Assembly (NCBI GenBank): GCA_034520565.1
Contig: JAXHNL010000001.1
Span: forward strand, 81,482-145,481
Direction: 5' to 3'
DNA from: Halodesulfurarchaeum sp.
GTDB lineage: Archaea > Halobacteriota > Halobacteria > Halobacteriales > Halobacteriaceae
DNA length: 64,000 nucleotides
The translations under genes were made by a program, and so were the position numbers. Below the pieces are notes generated by a model that ran no database searches, was not told the origin of the DNA, and saw nothing but the letters and a program-made list of their open reading frames with translations. This document shows, in pieces, positions 31,309 through 42,281 of the stretch (positions are counted from its first letter, which is position 1; each line of letters begins with the position of its first letter).

Positions 31309-32268
31309 TTACTCGAGTGCGGTTCGGAGTTCGCAGGCGCGACACACCGCCCGATCAGTCGGCGCACCGCAGTTCTCACAGACTCCCGACGGGCCAGTCT
31401 CGCCGTGACGCCGGTTCTCGGCAGCCAGACGTGCGGTTTCCTCGTAACCCGCCATGATCGAGTGACGGGTTCCGGGATGCTCGTCCTCGAGCGCGAGGAG
31501 GATATCCCTGACCGTGCCGCGGAAGGACTCGCTGGCGTAGGGACACTCCGCGATGTGAGCGGGGATCCCCGCCGTCCGAGCGTATAGCGCGACCTCCGAT
31601 TCCGGAACTTCCCGGAGCGGTTTCGCCCGGGGGACGAAGGCCTCGCCGTCCTGTCTCGCCGAGAGCGGGGCCAAACTGGCGTCGTACTGTTGGGCCATCT
31701 GGTCGATATCCCCTTCGAGTACGTTCATCAGTGCCGTCTCGGCCTCGTCGTCGAGGTTGTGCCCGGTCAGTAAGACATCGGCGTCGTACTCCCGGGCCGC
31801 CTCCGCGAGCACGTCCCGACGGAGTACCCCACAGTACGCACAGGGAGCCATCTCCCAGGGATCGTCCTCAACGATGTCGTCCATCTGCAGGTCGAACTTC
31901 GACTCGTAGCCTGTTTCGACGTACTCGACGAGGCGGTCAGCGACGAGCGCCTCGGCCGCCGAGAGGCTCTCGTCCCGGTACCCCTCGATACCCTCGTGAA
32001 CCGAAATAGCGACCAGTTCGACGCGAGGGTCCTGACCGAAGGTATCCGAAAGGATGTGGGTGAGGACGGCGCTGTCTTTCCCCCCAGAAAGCCCGATCAA
32101 CCAGGTGACGGGATCGGCCGGCGTGGCGTCTCGCGGCAGCAAATCGTCCGCCCGAATCCGCCGGCGGACGCGACGCTCGACTGACTGCTGGAGGTGGTCC
32201 TCGCACAGATGCGCGCCGGAATAGGCCGCGTAATGCACCGCATCCCGGCCACACCGGTCACACTTCAT
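31309..32268 (-). CDS. ncsA: tRNA 2-thiolation protein NcsA (TtcA/Ctu1 family)
   Basis: CDRC, SGGKDS PP-loop, CAYCGVLRR, TGHNLDD, C-terminal Zn finger. Confidence 0.88.
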   Translation of the reverse strand: MKCDRCGRDAVHYAAYSGAHLCEDHLQQSVERRVRRRIRADDLLPRDATPADPVTWLIGLSGGKDSAVLTHILSDTFGQDPRVELVAISVHEGIEGYRDESLSAAEALVADRLVEYVETGYESKFDLQMDDIVEDDPWEMAPCAYCGVLRRDVLAEAAREYDADVLLTGHNLDDEAETALMNVLEGDIDQMAQQYDASLAPLSARQDGEAFVPRAKPLREVPESEVALYARTAGIPAHIAECPYASESFRGTVRDILLALEDEHPGTRHSIMAGYEETARLAAENRRHGETGPSGVCENCGAPTDRAVCRACELRTALE

Positions 32269-32313
32269 CGCGTTGGCTTTGCCGACTCGGGGATTTCACC
32301 GTTTCGGCCCGAG

Positions 32314-33405
32314 TTAGTTCTCGAACTCGTCCTCGAAGGCGAAGGTGCCGTTTCGCTGGACGACCTCATCGTCGACCTCGATGCGTGAGTTCTCGCTCAT
32401 GTCGACGATCATGTCCATGTGGATGGCCGAATCGTTGCGCTCGCGGTCCGGCCCGACCGTATCATCGTAGGCCCGGCCGAGGGCGAGGTGGACGGTGTCA
32501 CCCATTTTCTCGTCGAAGAGCATGTTATACGTGAACTGGTCGATGGCACGGTTCATTCCGATCCCGAGTTCCCCGATACGTCTGGCCCCCTCGTCAGTCT
32601 CGAGGACGGCCGAAAGCACGTCCTCGTTTTTCTCGGCAGCGTGGTCTACGACCTGGCCGTCCTCGAATTCGAGGGCCACGTCCGTGACCTCCCGACCCTG
32701 GGCCATCAGCGGCATGTCGAACAGAACCGTTCCCTCGACCGAATCCGGAACCGGGGCCGTAAACACCTCGCCGCCGGGGAGGTTGTGTTCGGCGTCGTCG
32801 TTCTCGGTGATCATCCCGTCGACGCTCATGGTGAGGTCCGTCTCCTCGCCGCTCACGATCCGGACCGTCGAGCCCTCGTCGAGTATTTCGACCATCTGGG
32901 CCTGGTGGGCGCGCTGGGCCTCCCAATCCTTGTTGATGGCGTCGTACACGAAGTCTTCGTAGGCTTCGGTACTCATCTCGGCGTCCTGGGCGTTCCCGGG
33001 TGCGGGAAACTGCGTGAGGACCCAGCGCTTCTCCATCATCTCCTCGGAGACCGGCTGGTTTACCTTCTGATAGGCAGTGTTGACCGCGGGGTCCACGTCG
33101 CCCCGTTCGTTCGTGTTTCGATCCGCACGGACTCGAATCGCTGCGTCGGCCTCCGAAACCGCCGCATGCGTGTGTTCCGGCAACTCGAAGGCATCCGGAT
33201 CAGCGGCCTTGAGAAAGGCCCGACTGGCCCGGGAACTCCCGCCCATCTGCATCGGATTCGCGTCGCGTTTCCCGAGTTCCTCGTACACGGCGACGACCAG
33301 GTCTTCGGCGACCGACGGCGCCGTCACGATGACGTTGTCGCCTGCTTCGATTTCCGCCGAGTGATCCACGAGAATTCGTGCGTGTTCCCGGATACGGGGA
33401 TCCAT
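32314..33405 (-). CDS. M29-family aminopeptidase
   Basis: NLPGGEVFTAP, GELGIG, LFDEKMGDTVHLALG, SAIHMD. Confidence 0.9.
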   Translation of the reverse strand: MDPRIREHARILVDHSAEIEAGDNVIVTAPSVAEDLVVAVYEELGKRDANPMQMGGSSRASRAFLKAADPDAFELPEHTHAAVSEADAAIRVRADRNTNERGDVDPAVNTAYQKVNQPVSEEMMEKRWVLTQFPAPGNAQDAEMSTEAYEDFVYDAINKDWEAQRAHQAQMVEILDEGSTVRIVSGEETDLTMSVDGMITENDDAEHNLPGGEVFTAPVPDSVEGTVLFDMPLMAQGREVTDVALEFEDGQVVDHAAEKNEDVLSAVLETDEGARRIGELGIGMNRAIDQFTYNMLFDEKMGDTVHLALGRAYDDTVGPDRERNDSAIHMDMIVDMSENSRIEVDDEVVQRNGTFAFEDEFEN

Positions 33406-33447
33406 GCCCAGCGGTTGGGGCCAGGGCACCTTAAAAAGTGAGTTCGA

Positions 33448-34239
33448 TCAGCCGACGTGACCGACGGCAACGTAAAACGGGACCGTCTCCCGGCGACGGT
33501 AGGTTTCGGATTGTACCTGTTCGACGATCGATCGGCCCATCGACTGCCACTCGTCCCGGAACCGACCGAATTCCGCCGACGTAAGCCCACCGTCGAGCAT
33601 CGTCTCTCGATGGCCGTCGAGCCGGCTCGCAGTAACTTTTCGTCTGGCCGACTCGATCGCCGCCGCGGAGTAGGGCGGTTCAACCACCCGTTCGTGGACC
33701 ATCCGAGAGACGGTAATCTCGGTGGACCCAGCTGCCTCGAAGAGCGCTCGCAGGTCGCGCCCGAGTCGGGAATCGGTCTCGAGTCCGGCCATGTAATACG
33801 AGCGGGCGCGGTTCGAGAGACGGGGCTCCTCCTCGACCGTGGATTCGACCGTTACTTCGCCGTTGTCAGGTTCGACGGCCGCGATTCGGTCGGACGCAAC
33901 TCGAGTGAATTCTCCGAGGACCGCACGTGGATCGGGAACGTTTACGAGCAGGGCCTGACACGCCGCGAGGTCGACTGTGTCGTCCGAAAACGGGAGTTGC
34001 GTCGCTGCCCCCTGAAACGCGTCGGGCATGGCCCCCGCCTGAAGGAGTTCCCGATCAGCGTCGAGTGCGAGCACCTGCGCGGTGGATTCCTCGCGTAAGA
34101 CGGCAGTGAACTCGCCAGTGCCGGCCCCAACGTCGAGAATCCGTTCCGGATCGCCGCGGACGACGGGGCCGAGGGGCGATCGATCGTCCCAGAGCCCGCG
34201 TCGGGTTTCGCGCAAGTACTCCGGCGTAAACTGCCGCAC
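33448..34239 (-). CDS. Class I SAM-dependent methyltransferase
   Basis: ILDVGAGTG motif I; LPFSDDTVD. Confidence 0.85.
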   Translation of the reverse strand: MRQFTPEYLRETRRGLWDDRSPLGPVVRGDPERILDVGAGTGEFTAVLREESTAQVLALDADRELLQAGAMPDAFQGAATQLPFSDDTVDLAACQALLVNVPDPRAVLGEFTRVASDRIAAVEPDNGEVTVESTVEEEPRLSNRARSYYMAGLETDSRLGRDLRALFEAAGSTEITVSRMVHERVVEPPYSAAAIESARRKVTASRLDGHRETMLDGGLTSAEFGRFRDEWQSMGRSIVEQVQSETYRRRETVPFYVAVGHVG

Positions 34240-34263
34240 AGGCGTGCTGGGATTCGTGTGAGG

Positions 34264-35094
34264 TTAAGCCTCCCGGAGTTCCGTGGCGCGCTCGATGTTC
34301 CACGCGAATCCACGGCCGTCCTCAGTCGGCGTTTCGAGGACGAAGGGACGGTCTCGCAGGGCCTCGTGGGAGAGGACTGCTCGGATCCCCTCGACGCCGA
34401 TCTCGCCCTCGCCGAGGTGTGCGTGCTCGTCTTTGTTGGTGCCTACGCCGTGTTTGGAGTCGTTGAGGTGGATGCAGGCAAGCGATTTGAGGCCGATGAC
34501 CTCGTCGAAGGCCGCGACGGTCTCGTCCACGGCTTCCGGGGTTGAGAGGTCGTAGCCGGCCGCAAACGCGTGTGCGGTGTCCAGGCAAACCTCGAGGTCC
34601 TGTTCGGACTGATCCAGCACGCCGGCGAGGTGCTCGAAGTCACCCCCGAGCTTGGTCCCACTTCCCGCGTCCGATTCCACGAGGACGGAGACCCCATCCG
34701 GCACGTCGAGTTCGTCGAGCACGCTCGCGGCGTTCGCGATGCCGTCCTCGACGCCGGCCCCGGTATGGGCCCCGAGATGGACGTTTACGTACGGAATGTC
34801 GAGTTTCGCGGCCGCGTCGACCTCCGCCTGCATCGAATCGACGGACTTCGCTCGAAGGTCGTCTTTCGGCGTCGCCAGATTGACCAGATAGGACGCGTGG
34901 ATGACCCAGGGCCCCACCAACTCGGCTGCGGTCTCTTCGACAAAGGTCGCTGCCTCGTCGTCGCCGATGTTCGGGTCCTGCCAGACCTGTGGAGAGTGCG
35001 TGAAGATTTGTCCACAGTTCCCACCCACCTCGAGTTGCCGACCCACCGCGTTGTCGACGCCGCCCGCGATAGAGACGTGTGCACCGATTCGCAT
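34264..35094 (-). CDS. nfo: Endonuclease IV (AP endonuclease)
   Basis: [37 protein letters not shown]. Confidence 0.93.
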   Translation of the reverse strand: MRIGAHVSIAGGVDNAVGRQLEVGGNCGQIFTHSPQVWQDPNIGDDEAATFVEETAAELVGPWVIHASYLVNLATPKDDLRAKSVDSMQAEVDAAAKLDIPYVNVHLGAHTGAGVEDGIANAASVLDELDVPDGVSVLVESDAGSGTKLGGDFEHLAGVLDQSEQDLEVCLDTAHAFAAGYDLSTPEAVDETVAAFDEVIGLKSLACIHLNDSKHGVGTNKDEHAHLGEGEIGVEGIRAVLSHEALRDRPFVLETPTEDGRGFAWNIERATELREA

Positions 35095-35275
35095 ACACCG
35101 TGTATTTGGGCCCGCAATAAGGCCCTTTCCCGTGAGGAAGTTCGTGCCGCGAGTCAAAGAAGGCGTTTCAACGGTGCCGCCAAAATTTTATATAGCGATA
35201 TAGAGTGTATTATCGGGTGGTATCGTCCCCTTTTCGGGTCCATGTCCTTAAATGGGCGAAGTTTCTACCCATCCC

Positions 35276-36178
35276 ATGACCGAGCCAGTCGCCCGTCTGA
35301 TGGCGGACCTCGAACCCGAGGATTTCCACCTCCTCTCGGGGGTCGAACACGGGATGCGGTTTTCGGAATGGGTGAATCGGAAGAAACTACCCAGGTTTTC
35401 CGGGCTCACATCGGAGAACGTCGATTTTTACCTGAATCGGATGCTGGATTTCGAGCTGGTCGAACGCAAAACCATCCAATACGAGGGACTCAAGCTAACC
35501 AAAAAAGGATATGACGCCCTCGCACTGCACACGTTTGCCGAACGGGACACCGTCGAAGGTTTCGGCGCGCCGCTCGGGGTCGGCAAGGAAAGTGACGTCT
35601 ACGAGGTCCAATCCTACAAGCCGCTCGCGTTGAAATTCCACCGAGAAGGGTTCGCGAATTTCCGTGAAGTCCATCGGGGACGAGAGTACACGGCCGACCG
35701 GGACCACGTGTCCTGGCTGTACACCGCCAGGAAAGCGGCCGAGCGTGAATTCGAAGTCCTCGAAGCGCTGTATCCGGACGTTTCGGTACCCCAGCCGATC
35801 GATCAGAACCGCCACGCGATCGTGATGGAGAAAGTCCCTGGCGTCGAACTTGCGAAGGCGAAATTACCAAACGAGCAGGTCTCAGGGGTTCTCGAGCTGG
35901 TTTTGCGGGAAATTCAGTCCGCCTACGAGGCAGGCTACGTACACGCGGACATCAGCGAGTACAACGTCATCGTCGCGGAAAGCGGGATCACGCTTTTCGA
36001 CTGGCCCCAGGCGGTTGGGACCGATCACGAGAACAGCGAGGAATTCCTCAGGCGCGATATCGAAAACATCACGAACTACTTCGAGCGCAAATACCCAGGG
36101 CAAGTGGGGTCGGTTAATCTCGACCGAGTCACGACATCGATCGTCGCGGGCCAATTTTCCCAGTTGCCGGTCGAATAA
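35276..36178 (+). CDS. rio2: RIO2 serine/threonine kinase
   Basis: N-terminal wHTH (VEHGMR), GVGKESDVY, KFHR, HADISEYN, DWPQ. Confidence 0.92.
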   Translation: MTEPVARLMADLEPEDFHLLSGVEHGMRFSEWVNRKKLPRFSGLTSENVDFYLNRMLDFELVERKTIQYEGLKLTKKGYDALALHTFAERDTVEGFGAPLGVGKESDVYEVQSYKPLALKFHREGFANFREVHRGREYTADRDHVSWLYTARKAAEREFEVLEALYPDVSVPQPIDQNRHAIVMEKVPGVELAKAKLPNEQVSGVLELVLREIQSAYEAGYVHADISEYNVIVAESGITLFDWPQAVGTDHENSEEFLRRDIENITNYFERKYPGQVGSVNLDRVTTSIVAGQFSQLPVE

Positions 36179-36305
36179 GGCAAATTGTGGCCGAAACCAC
36201 CGAATCCAGATGGATGTACGGCAAGGTATATACCACATATCGCTATAGCAAATGGGGGCCGACGAACAGAGTCTCTCGATTGGTGAAAACGGAAGCAACC
36301 AAAAC

Positions 36306-36497
36306 TTACAACTCGAGAACGTCGAAACGCTTCTCCCGACACCGGTGGCACTCCCGGAGCCCCTCTTCCTCGGCGAGCGAGCGGTCGAGGACTTGATAGG
36401 CGCCAGGAAGCACCGGACACTGCACCGCCGTGTGATAGACCTGTAGATTGGTCCCTTCGGCCTGAGAGATGTAGACGCGGTCGGGTCGTCGGGACAC
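36306..36497 (-). CDS. Small hypothetical protein with a His/Cys Zn-binding pattern
   Basis: YHTAVQC...GLRECHRC; GTG start. Confidence 0.45.
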   Translation of the reverse strand: MSRRPDRVYISQAEGTNLQVYHTAVQCPVLPGAYQVLDRSLAEEEGLRECHRCREKRFDVLEL

Positions 36498-36536
36498 GTG
36501 TCACCCTGCACGCGGCTTCGAATTAAGGTTATTCCA

Positions 36537-37937
36537 CTAGAGGCCGCCGAAGGCGAAGAGGAGCAACAGGATAATGAGCAACACGAGGACGCCGAGAATG
36601 CGAATCGCGAACCGGGAGGGGGCCGCCCGTGACCCAGCATCGTCGACCGAAAGCGGGCCCAGCCTGTCCGCCGGTTTCGAATGTCCCATGAGTCGGGCGT
36701 ACGCGACCCGGAGCCCATACGTGATCGAGCCGATCGACCGAACCAACACGTAGGTGACGAACTGACCGAGTTCCCACAGCGTTTCTGCCGCCGGTTCCTC
36801 CGGCGGTTCCTCGGCGTGATTCTCGGGTCGGCTGGTCGAATTGGCCAGCTGCTCACTTCCCTCGTTCCGATCGGGCTCGGTGGGCTCGGGAGGGGACGGT
36901 GGATCCGGTTCCGCGAGTTCGGGACTCGATTCCGATTCGTTTCCGGGCTCTTCGAGAACGGTCGGGGATCCGGCATCCAGTGGCTCGACCGTTTCGGCGT
37001 CCGTCCAATCGGTCTCGGATGCGGGCGTATCCGAATCATCTTCGGGTTCAGCCTCCGTTTTTTCCCCGGAGGAAACGTGATCGACCGTCCTCTCAGCGGA
37101 GGCTCCCATCTCCTTCGTCGACGCGGTCAAATCGCGACGATTCGAGGCCGAAAGCGAGGGCGTCTCCCCGGCGTCAGCGGTCTTTTTCTCTCTGAATCGG
37201 ACCTCACGAACCGTCTCCTCCCAGTCGGCGAGGAGGTACGCCGACCCGGTGTCCAGGTCCTTGACGTCCTCCGCGTATTCACTGCCGAGGATCGATCTGA
37301 CGACACGAGTGTCGTTCTCCCAGGTCAATCGATGAAAGACGAGCCAGTCACACTGGGTGATGAAGTTCTTGTCGACGGAGGCAGGGCGCTGGGACATACC
37401 AAGGAGACCAAGACCACGTTTGCGACCCCGCTTGGCGATGCGGATGAGCATGTCACCGAGATCGTCGAGACCGCCCTGCTGGGGCAAGAACTCGTGAATT
37501 TCCTCGACGATCACCAGGAACGGTTTGTTCTCACGCTTCTCGCGGGAGAACAACAGCTGTAAGACGTCAGTGACGACCCGCTCGGCCCGTTCGATTTCGA
37601 GGACTTCGGAAATGTCGATAACCACGGGCCGGTGTTGATCGAGACAGAAGTCGACGACCTGACCAGGGTCGACTTCGAAGAGGCCGTGGTCGTAGTCGTC
37701 ACCGTCCCCGATGTGAACGACTTCGTACCGCTCGGAGAGGGTCGCGTATTCGCCCTCGATATCGACGATGAGGACCGGGAATCCCGTTTCCAGTAGCTCC
37801 TCGACGACGACACTCGCCGTATTGCTCTTCCCGGAACCACTCTTGCCGAAGATGGCACCGCGCCCGGTGAGCACCTCGATCACGGGGAGGGAGAGCCCGT
37901 CCCGGGACACGACGATCCGTTCCGTTTCGCCAGCCAT
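36537..37937 (-). CDS. HerA/FtsK-like (DUF87) ATPase with acidic linker and C-terminal TM helix
   Basis: GKSGSGKS, VDIEGEY, VIVEEIHEF, GRKRG, SQRP; C-terminal ILGVLVLLIILLLLFAF. Confidence 0.85.
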   Translation of the reverse strand: MAGETERIVVSRDGLSLPVIEVLTGRGAIFGKSGSGKSNTASVVVEELLETGFPVLIVDIEGEYATLSERYEVVHIGDGDDYDHGLFEVDPGQVVDFCLDQHRPVVIDISEVLEIERAERVVTDVLQLLFSREKRENKPFLVIVEEIHEFLPQQGGLDDLGDMLIRIAKRGRKRGLGLLGMSQRPASVDKNFITQCDWLVFHRLTWENDTRVVRSILGSEYAEDVKDLDTGSAYLLADWEETVREVRFREKKTADAGETPSLSASNRRDLTASTKEMGASAERTVDHVSSGEKTEAEPEDDSDTPASETDWTDAETVEPLDAGSPTVLEEPGNESESSPELAEPDPPSPPEPTEPDRNEGSEQLANSTSRPENHAEEPPEEPAAETLWELGQFVTYVLVRSIGSITYGLRVAYARLMGHSKPADRLGPLSVDDAGSRAAPSRFAIRILGVLVLLIILLLLFAFGGL

Positions 37938-38082
37938 TCGGACGGGGATTTGGTGGCCGGCGGTAAATACCTGCCGCGGTCGAACCGTTCGTGTCGGGTC
38001 CTCTCCTCCGGACTGCAGTCCCAACCCCCGATCACACGGTCGCTGTCAGTAGACTTTTGCCGGGGCCACGTCATCTTCGTGC

Positions 38083-38508
38083 ATGGCCTCCGGTCCAGAC
38101 TGGCTGAATCGACACACCCTTCTCCGGGTCGTGGGCCCGATCCTGGGGTCGACGATCGTCCTGACTGCCACGTTTCTCGGCGCATTGGCACTGCTCGTCG
38201 GCGGAGTCGAAGGATTCAGCACCCGATTTCCGTACTACGTCCTGATTATGGCCCTTGGATTCGTCGGCGCACTGTTCGTCCTCGAACGACCCCGGATCGA
38301 GGGCAGCCAGGTGCTCATGGCAACGATCGGCGTCACTGTCACGGTATTCGTGGTGGTGACCCTCGCTGGTGAGGGGCTCGCCTACGCGGTTTCCTACCCA
38401 GCGGCGGTCTTTCAGCCGGATTTTATCCTCTACCTTCTCGCAGCCGGACTTATCGGCAGCGGGCTGGCCTACTGGACGATTTCCCACTGGCGGGAGTTCA
38501 CGAGGTAG
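38083..38508 (+). CDS. Four-TM hypothetical membrane protein
   Basis: Four hydrophobic segments; HWREF C-terminus. Confidence 0.7.
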   Translation: MASGPDWLNRHTLLRVVGPILGSTIVLTATFLGALALLVGGVEGFSTRFPYYVLIMALGFVGALFVLERPRIEGSQVLMATIGVTVTVFVVVTLAGEGLAYAVSYPAAVFQPDFILYLLAAGLIGSGLAYWTISHWREFTR

Positions 38509-39429
38509 TCACTTTTCGTGTTCGGTGAGATCGCCAGCGGGGCGGTCGATCCGGTCGAATGCGTCCCTGACACCCGAGAGCTGCCGGTCGACGTCGTCAG
38601 CCTTCTTCGCGGCGTTATCGACGTGTCGTTCGAGCGTGGCCCACTCGTCCTCGACTTCCTCGAATCTGGCACCGAGTTCGGTCAGGTGATCGAGGACGGC
38701 CTCGGCCTCCTCGGAGAGCTTTCGGGCTTGGGCACCGGTCTTCAGAAGTTCGAGTTTGTGGCCCAGCGTGAGGGGCGAAACAACCTGGACGCCGCGTTTC
38801 GTGTACTCCCGGAGGAGATCGTACTCCTCGGTGATGAGGTGGTAATAGACGCTTTCGGATGGGATATAGGCGAAGGCGAAGTCCGTCGTGCCCGCTTCAG
38901 GGCTGACGTAATCGCGCTCGATTTTCGCCAGTTGCTCCTCGACGGCGTTCCGAAACGCCGTCTTGTGTCGGGCCCGATTCGACGGGTCCTCGCTCTCGAG
39001 GAACCGTTCGTATCGATCGAGCGGGAACTTCGAGTCGATCGCCACGATGCCGTCGGGAGTCTCGACGTGTGCATCCGGGGTTTTCGACCCGACGACCTGC
39101 TCTCTGATGCCGTACATCCCCGGATGGAGGTGATCGGACAGCATCGCCTCGAGCTGCACTTCGCCGAACTCGCCGCGTTCCCGCGGCGCCCGAAGGAGTC
39201 GGTCGAAATCATCGTGAAGGGTCTCAATTTTCCCGGCCCGGTCCTCGATGCGGGAGACCGTCTCCCCGAAGTCCATCGAGGAGAGGCTTCTGGAAAGTGC
39301 CGCAGTGAGCTGATCGGTCTCCACGCCGGAGTCGGACTCGGAGACTGCCCGACGGACCTGAAAGAGCAGGGCGATCACCAAGAGGAGCCCGAGAAGCACG
39401 CCGCCGAGGAGAATCTCGCTGAGGGCCAT
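38509..39429 (-). CDS. rmuC: RmuC-family DNA recombination protein
   Basis: N-terminal TM; RGEFGEVQLE, PDAHV, AIDSKFP, YIPSE, VSPLTL. Confidence 0.88.
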   Translation of the reverse strand: MALSEILLGGVLLGLLLVIALLFQVRRAVSESDSGVETDQLTAALSRSLSSMDFGETVSRIEDRAGKIETLHDDFDRLLRAPRERGEFGEVQLEAMLSDHLHPGMYGIREQVVGSKTPDAHVETPDGIVAIDSKFPLDRYERFLESEDPSNRARHKTAFRNAVEEQLAKIERDYVSPEAGTTDFAFAYIPSESVYYHLITEEYDLLREYTKRGVQVVSPLTLGHKLELLKTGAQARKLSEEAEAVLDHLTELGARFEEVEDEWATLERHVDNAAKKADDVDRQLSGVRDAFDRIDRPAGDLTEHEK

Positions 39430-39533
39430 GCTCCCGACTTGCGGGCCCCGAGCCATGAATGTTCGTCCCCCTCGCATGAAAGCCGACGCCGGGGTTCGAA
39501 GGCTTATGTCCGGGCAAGCCAAAGCGACAGGCA

Positions 39534-41216
39534 ATGGAGTATGGCGCCCTCGTCGATCTCTACGCGGAACTCGAGGCGACCGACGCCGACACGGAACTGA
39601 TCGATCGGATCGCGACGGAACTCGAAGCGACCGATCCGTCTGTGCTTCCATTGCTCGTTACCTTATTGCAGGGCCGGCCGTTCGTCGCGTGGGACGACCG
39701 GGACCTGGGGGTCTCATCGAGTCTCACGCGAACGGCCATCGCGAAGGCAACGGGCCAGCCCGAGGACAAGATCGAGAACTGGTGGCGCGAGACCGGAGAT
39801 CTGGGGAGTGCGGCCGCCAAGGCGGTCGAAAACGAGCGCCAACAAACCCTCTTCGGCCAATCGCTCACGGTAAAACGGGTTCAGGAGACCCTCGAAGCCA
39901 TCGCGTCATACGAAGGGGCCGGGAGCCAAGAGCGGAAGATCGACGCGATCGCCGGCCTGCTTTCCGACGCCGACCCGGAAACGGCAACATACCTCGTCAG
40001 AACGGTACTCGGCCACCTCCGGATCGGCGTGGGCGAGGGGGTGATTCGGGACGCCATAGCACAGGCCTTCCTGTCGGACACCGATGAAGACCGGAACGCT
40101 GTCGAGCGAGCCTTCCAGGTGACAAACGACTACCGCCTGGTAGCCGAAACCGCCCGGGGGGCGGGACGGGCTGGACTCGACGAGCTCGAGGTGGAAGTCG
40201 GCCGGCCGATCGACGTAATGCTCGCGGAAAAAGTCGAGTCGATCGAGGCGGGCGTCGAACACGTCACAGCGGAGCCGACGACCGTGCTCGCAGAGTACAA
40301 GTACGACGGCGTCCGCGCACAGATCCACGTGGACGACGAGGAGGTACGCCTGTTTACCCGACGATTGACGGAGGTCACCGACCAGTTCCCCGACGTCGTC
40401 GCGGCCGTCGAGGCGGGGATCGACGCCGAGCGGGCGATTCTGGAGGGCGAAATCGTCGGCTACGATCCCGAAACGGGCGAAATGGTCCCGTTTCAAACGC
40501 TGTCGAAGCGAATCAAACGCAAGTACGACATCGGGGCGGTCATCGAGGAAATTCCGGTCACCCTCGAGCTATTCGATGCGATGTACGTTGACGAATCGCT
40601 CCTCGACTGGCCACTCGAGAAGCGGCTCGGGGCCCTCGAATCGGTGCTGACCGAATCGAGGACCGACATCGAGCGGGCCGCAAACCGACGGTCGGGCGAT
40701 CCGACCGAACTCGAATCGTTTTACGAGGATGCCCTCGAGGCGGGACAGGAGGGGCTGATGCTGAAAAACGCCCAGGCAACCTATCAGCCGGGAACCAGGG
40801 TGGGATACATGGTGAAAGTCAAGCCAACCCTCGAGACGCTCGATTTGGCCGTCGTCCGGGCGACCTACAGCGAGGGGCGGCGTTCGAACCAGTTGGGACG
40901 GCTGTATCTGGGGTGTCGAGACGAGGCGGCCGGGGAGTTCAGGGAGATCGGTCGGGTCTCGACCGGCTTCACCGACGAGGAGCTGGCGACGGTTACCGAG
41001 CGACTGGAACCACTGATCGTCGAAACCGACGGCCGGGACGTGACCCTCGAACCGGAGCTCGTTCTCGAGGTCGAGTTCGAGGAACTCCAGCAGTCTCCCG
41101 AGTACAGCTCGGGCTATGCGCTTCGCTTCCCGCGCTTCGTAAACTTCCGGGACGATCTCTCCCTCGAGGACGTCGACACGCTCTCGCGGGTCGAAAGACT
41201 CGCCGAATCACAATGA
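39534..41216 (+). CDS. lig: ATP-dependent DNA ligase
   Basis: EYKYDGVRAQIH, LEGEIV, EGLMLK, ALRFPRF. Confidence 0.96.
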   Translation: MEYGALVDLYAELEATDADTELIDRIATELEATDPSVLPLLVTLLQGRPFVAWDDRDLGVSSSLTRTAIAKATGQPEDKIENWWRETGDLGSAAAKAVENERQQTLFGQSLTVKRVQETLEAIASYEGAGSQERKIDAIAGLLSDADPETATYLVRTVLGHLRIGVGEGVIRDAIAQAFLSDTDEDRNAVERAFQVTNDYRLVAETARGAGRAGLDELEVEVGRPIDVMLAEKVESIEAGVEHVTAEPTTVLAEYKYDGVRAQIHVDDEEVRLFTRRLTEVTDQFPDVVAAVEAGIDAERAILEGEIVGYDPETGEMVPFQTLSKRIKRKYDIGAVIEEIPVTLELFDAMYVDESLLDWPLEKRLGALESVLTESRTDIERAANRRSGDPTELESFYEDALEAGQEGLMLKNAQATYQPGTRVGYMVKVKPTLETLDLAVVRATYSEGRRSNQLGRLYLGCRDEAAGEFREIGRVSTGFTDEELATVTERLEPLIVETDGRDVTLEPELVLEVEFEELQQSPEYSSGYALRFPRFVNFRDDLSLEDVDTLSRVERLAESQ

Positions 41217-42187
41217 GCGGGGTTCGCGCGGCTGACGGGATCCACATCCAAACCGAGGACGGCCGAGCAATCGCGGCCGACGCCAGCGATCCCTGCGGGG
41301 AGGTGCCAGTGCTCAGCCACGCCCACGGCGATCACCTCTATTCGAAGCCGCCGGAAGCGGTCGTCACCTCGCCGCTGACGAGAGAACTGGCCGCAGTTCG
41401 ACGGGATGGGCCTGTTCCCGACCGACTGGACCCGTCGTGGATCGAAACCCTACCGGCCGGGCACGTCCCCGGCTCCCGGGCGTTCCTGATCGAGGGTGAA
41501 AAACGAATCCTCTACACCGGGGACTGCTCGACCCGCGACCGATTCGGGATGACGGGCTTCGAGCCGGTCCGCGCTGACATACTGATCGTCGAATCCACCT
41601 ACGGAAAACCGACCTATCGATTGCCGCCACAGGACGAGGTCGAAGCGGAAATCGTCGACTGGTTGGCGGACACCCGGGATCGGCCGGTGGTGCTTCTTGG
41701 CTACGCACTCGGTCGCGCCCAGGAACTCCTCGCACTGGCCGACCGGGCAGGGCGGAGTCGGATCCGGTATTCCCCTGCGATCGAGGCGCTCAACGGGCCA
41801 ATCGAGGCCGCCCGGGGCGAGCCGTTTCCCGGGCAGGTCGGAACCGATAGCAAGCCAGAGCCGGGGGACGCGTTGGTGTTGCCCGCCCAGACAGGGTCGC
41901 TGTCCTTCGTCGACCGGCTTCGCCGGAATCACGACGCGCACCTCGCCGGCTTCTCGGGGTGGGCAATCGACGAGAGTTATCGCTACGCACGGGATCTGGA
42001 CGTGGCGTTCCCGCTCTCGGATCACTGCGACTTCGAGGAGTTGCTCGAAGTGGTCCGGGCGGTCGACCCCGAGCAGGTGTATACCGTCCACGGGTTCGTC
42101 GACGAACTCGCCGCTGCGATCCAGTCGCGGCTCGGAATCCGGGCACAGTCGCTCAAGCCAAATCAGGCAACCCTCGGAGCGTTCTGA
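41213..42187 (+). CDS. Metallo-beta-lactamase/beta-CASP-like nuclease
   Basis: SHAHGDH, AGHVPGS, YTGD, ESTYG, LGRAQE, SDHCDF, VHG; overlaps the lig stop. Confidence 0.85.
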   Translation: MSGVRAADGIHIQTEDGRAIAADASDPCGEVPVLSHAHGDHLYSKPPEAVVTSPLTRELAAVRRDGPVPDRLDPSWIETLPAGHVPGSRAFLIEGEKRILYTGDCSTRDRFGMTGFEPVRADILIVESTYGKPTYRLPPQDEVEAEIVDWLADTRDRPVVLLGYALGRAQELLALADRAGRSRIRYSPAIEALNGPIEAARGEPFPGQVGTDSKPEPGDALVLPAQTGSLSFVDRLRRNHDAHLAGFSGWAIDESYRYARDLDVAFPLSDHCDFEELLEVVRAVDPEQVYTVHGFVDELAAAIQSRLGIRAQSLKPNQATLGAF

Positions 42188-42281
42188 ACCGACCTGACGT
42201 GGGATGTTTTATACCAGACGGGACCCCAGTGTGGGGTGATGGATCGGAGTCGCGGCCGCGATCCGCCCGGGGTGTGCTGAG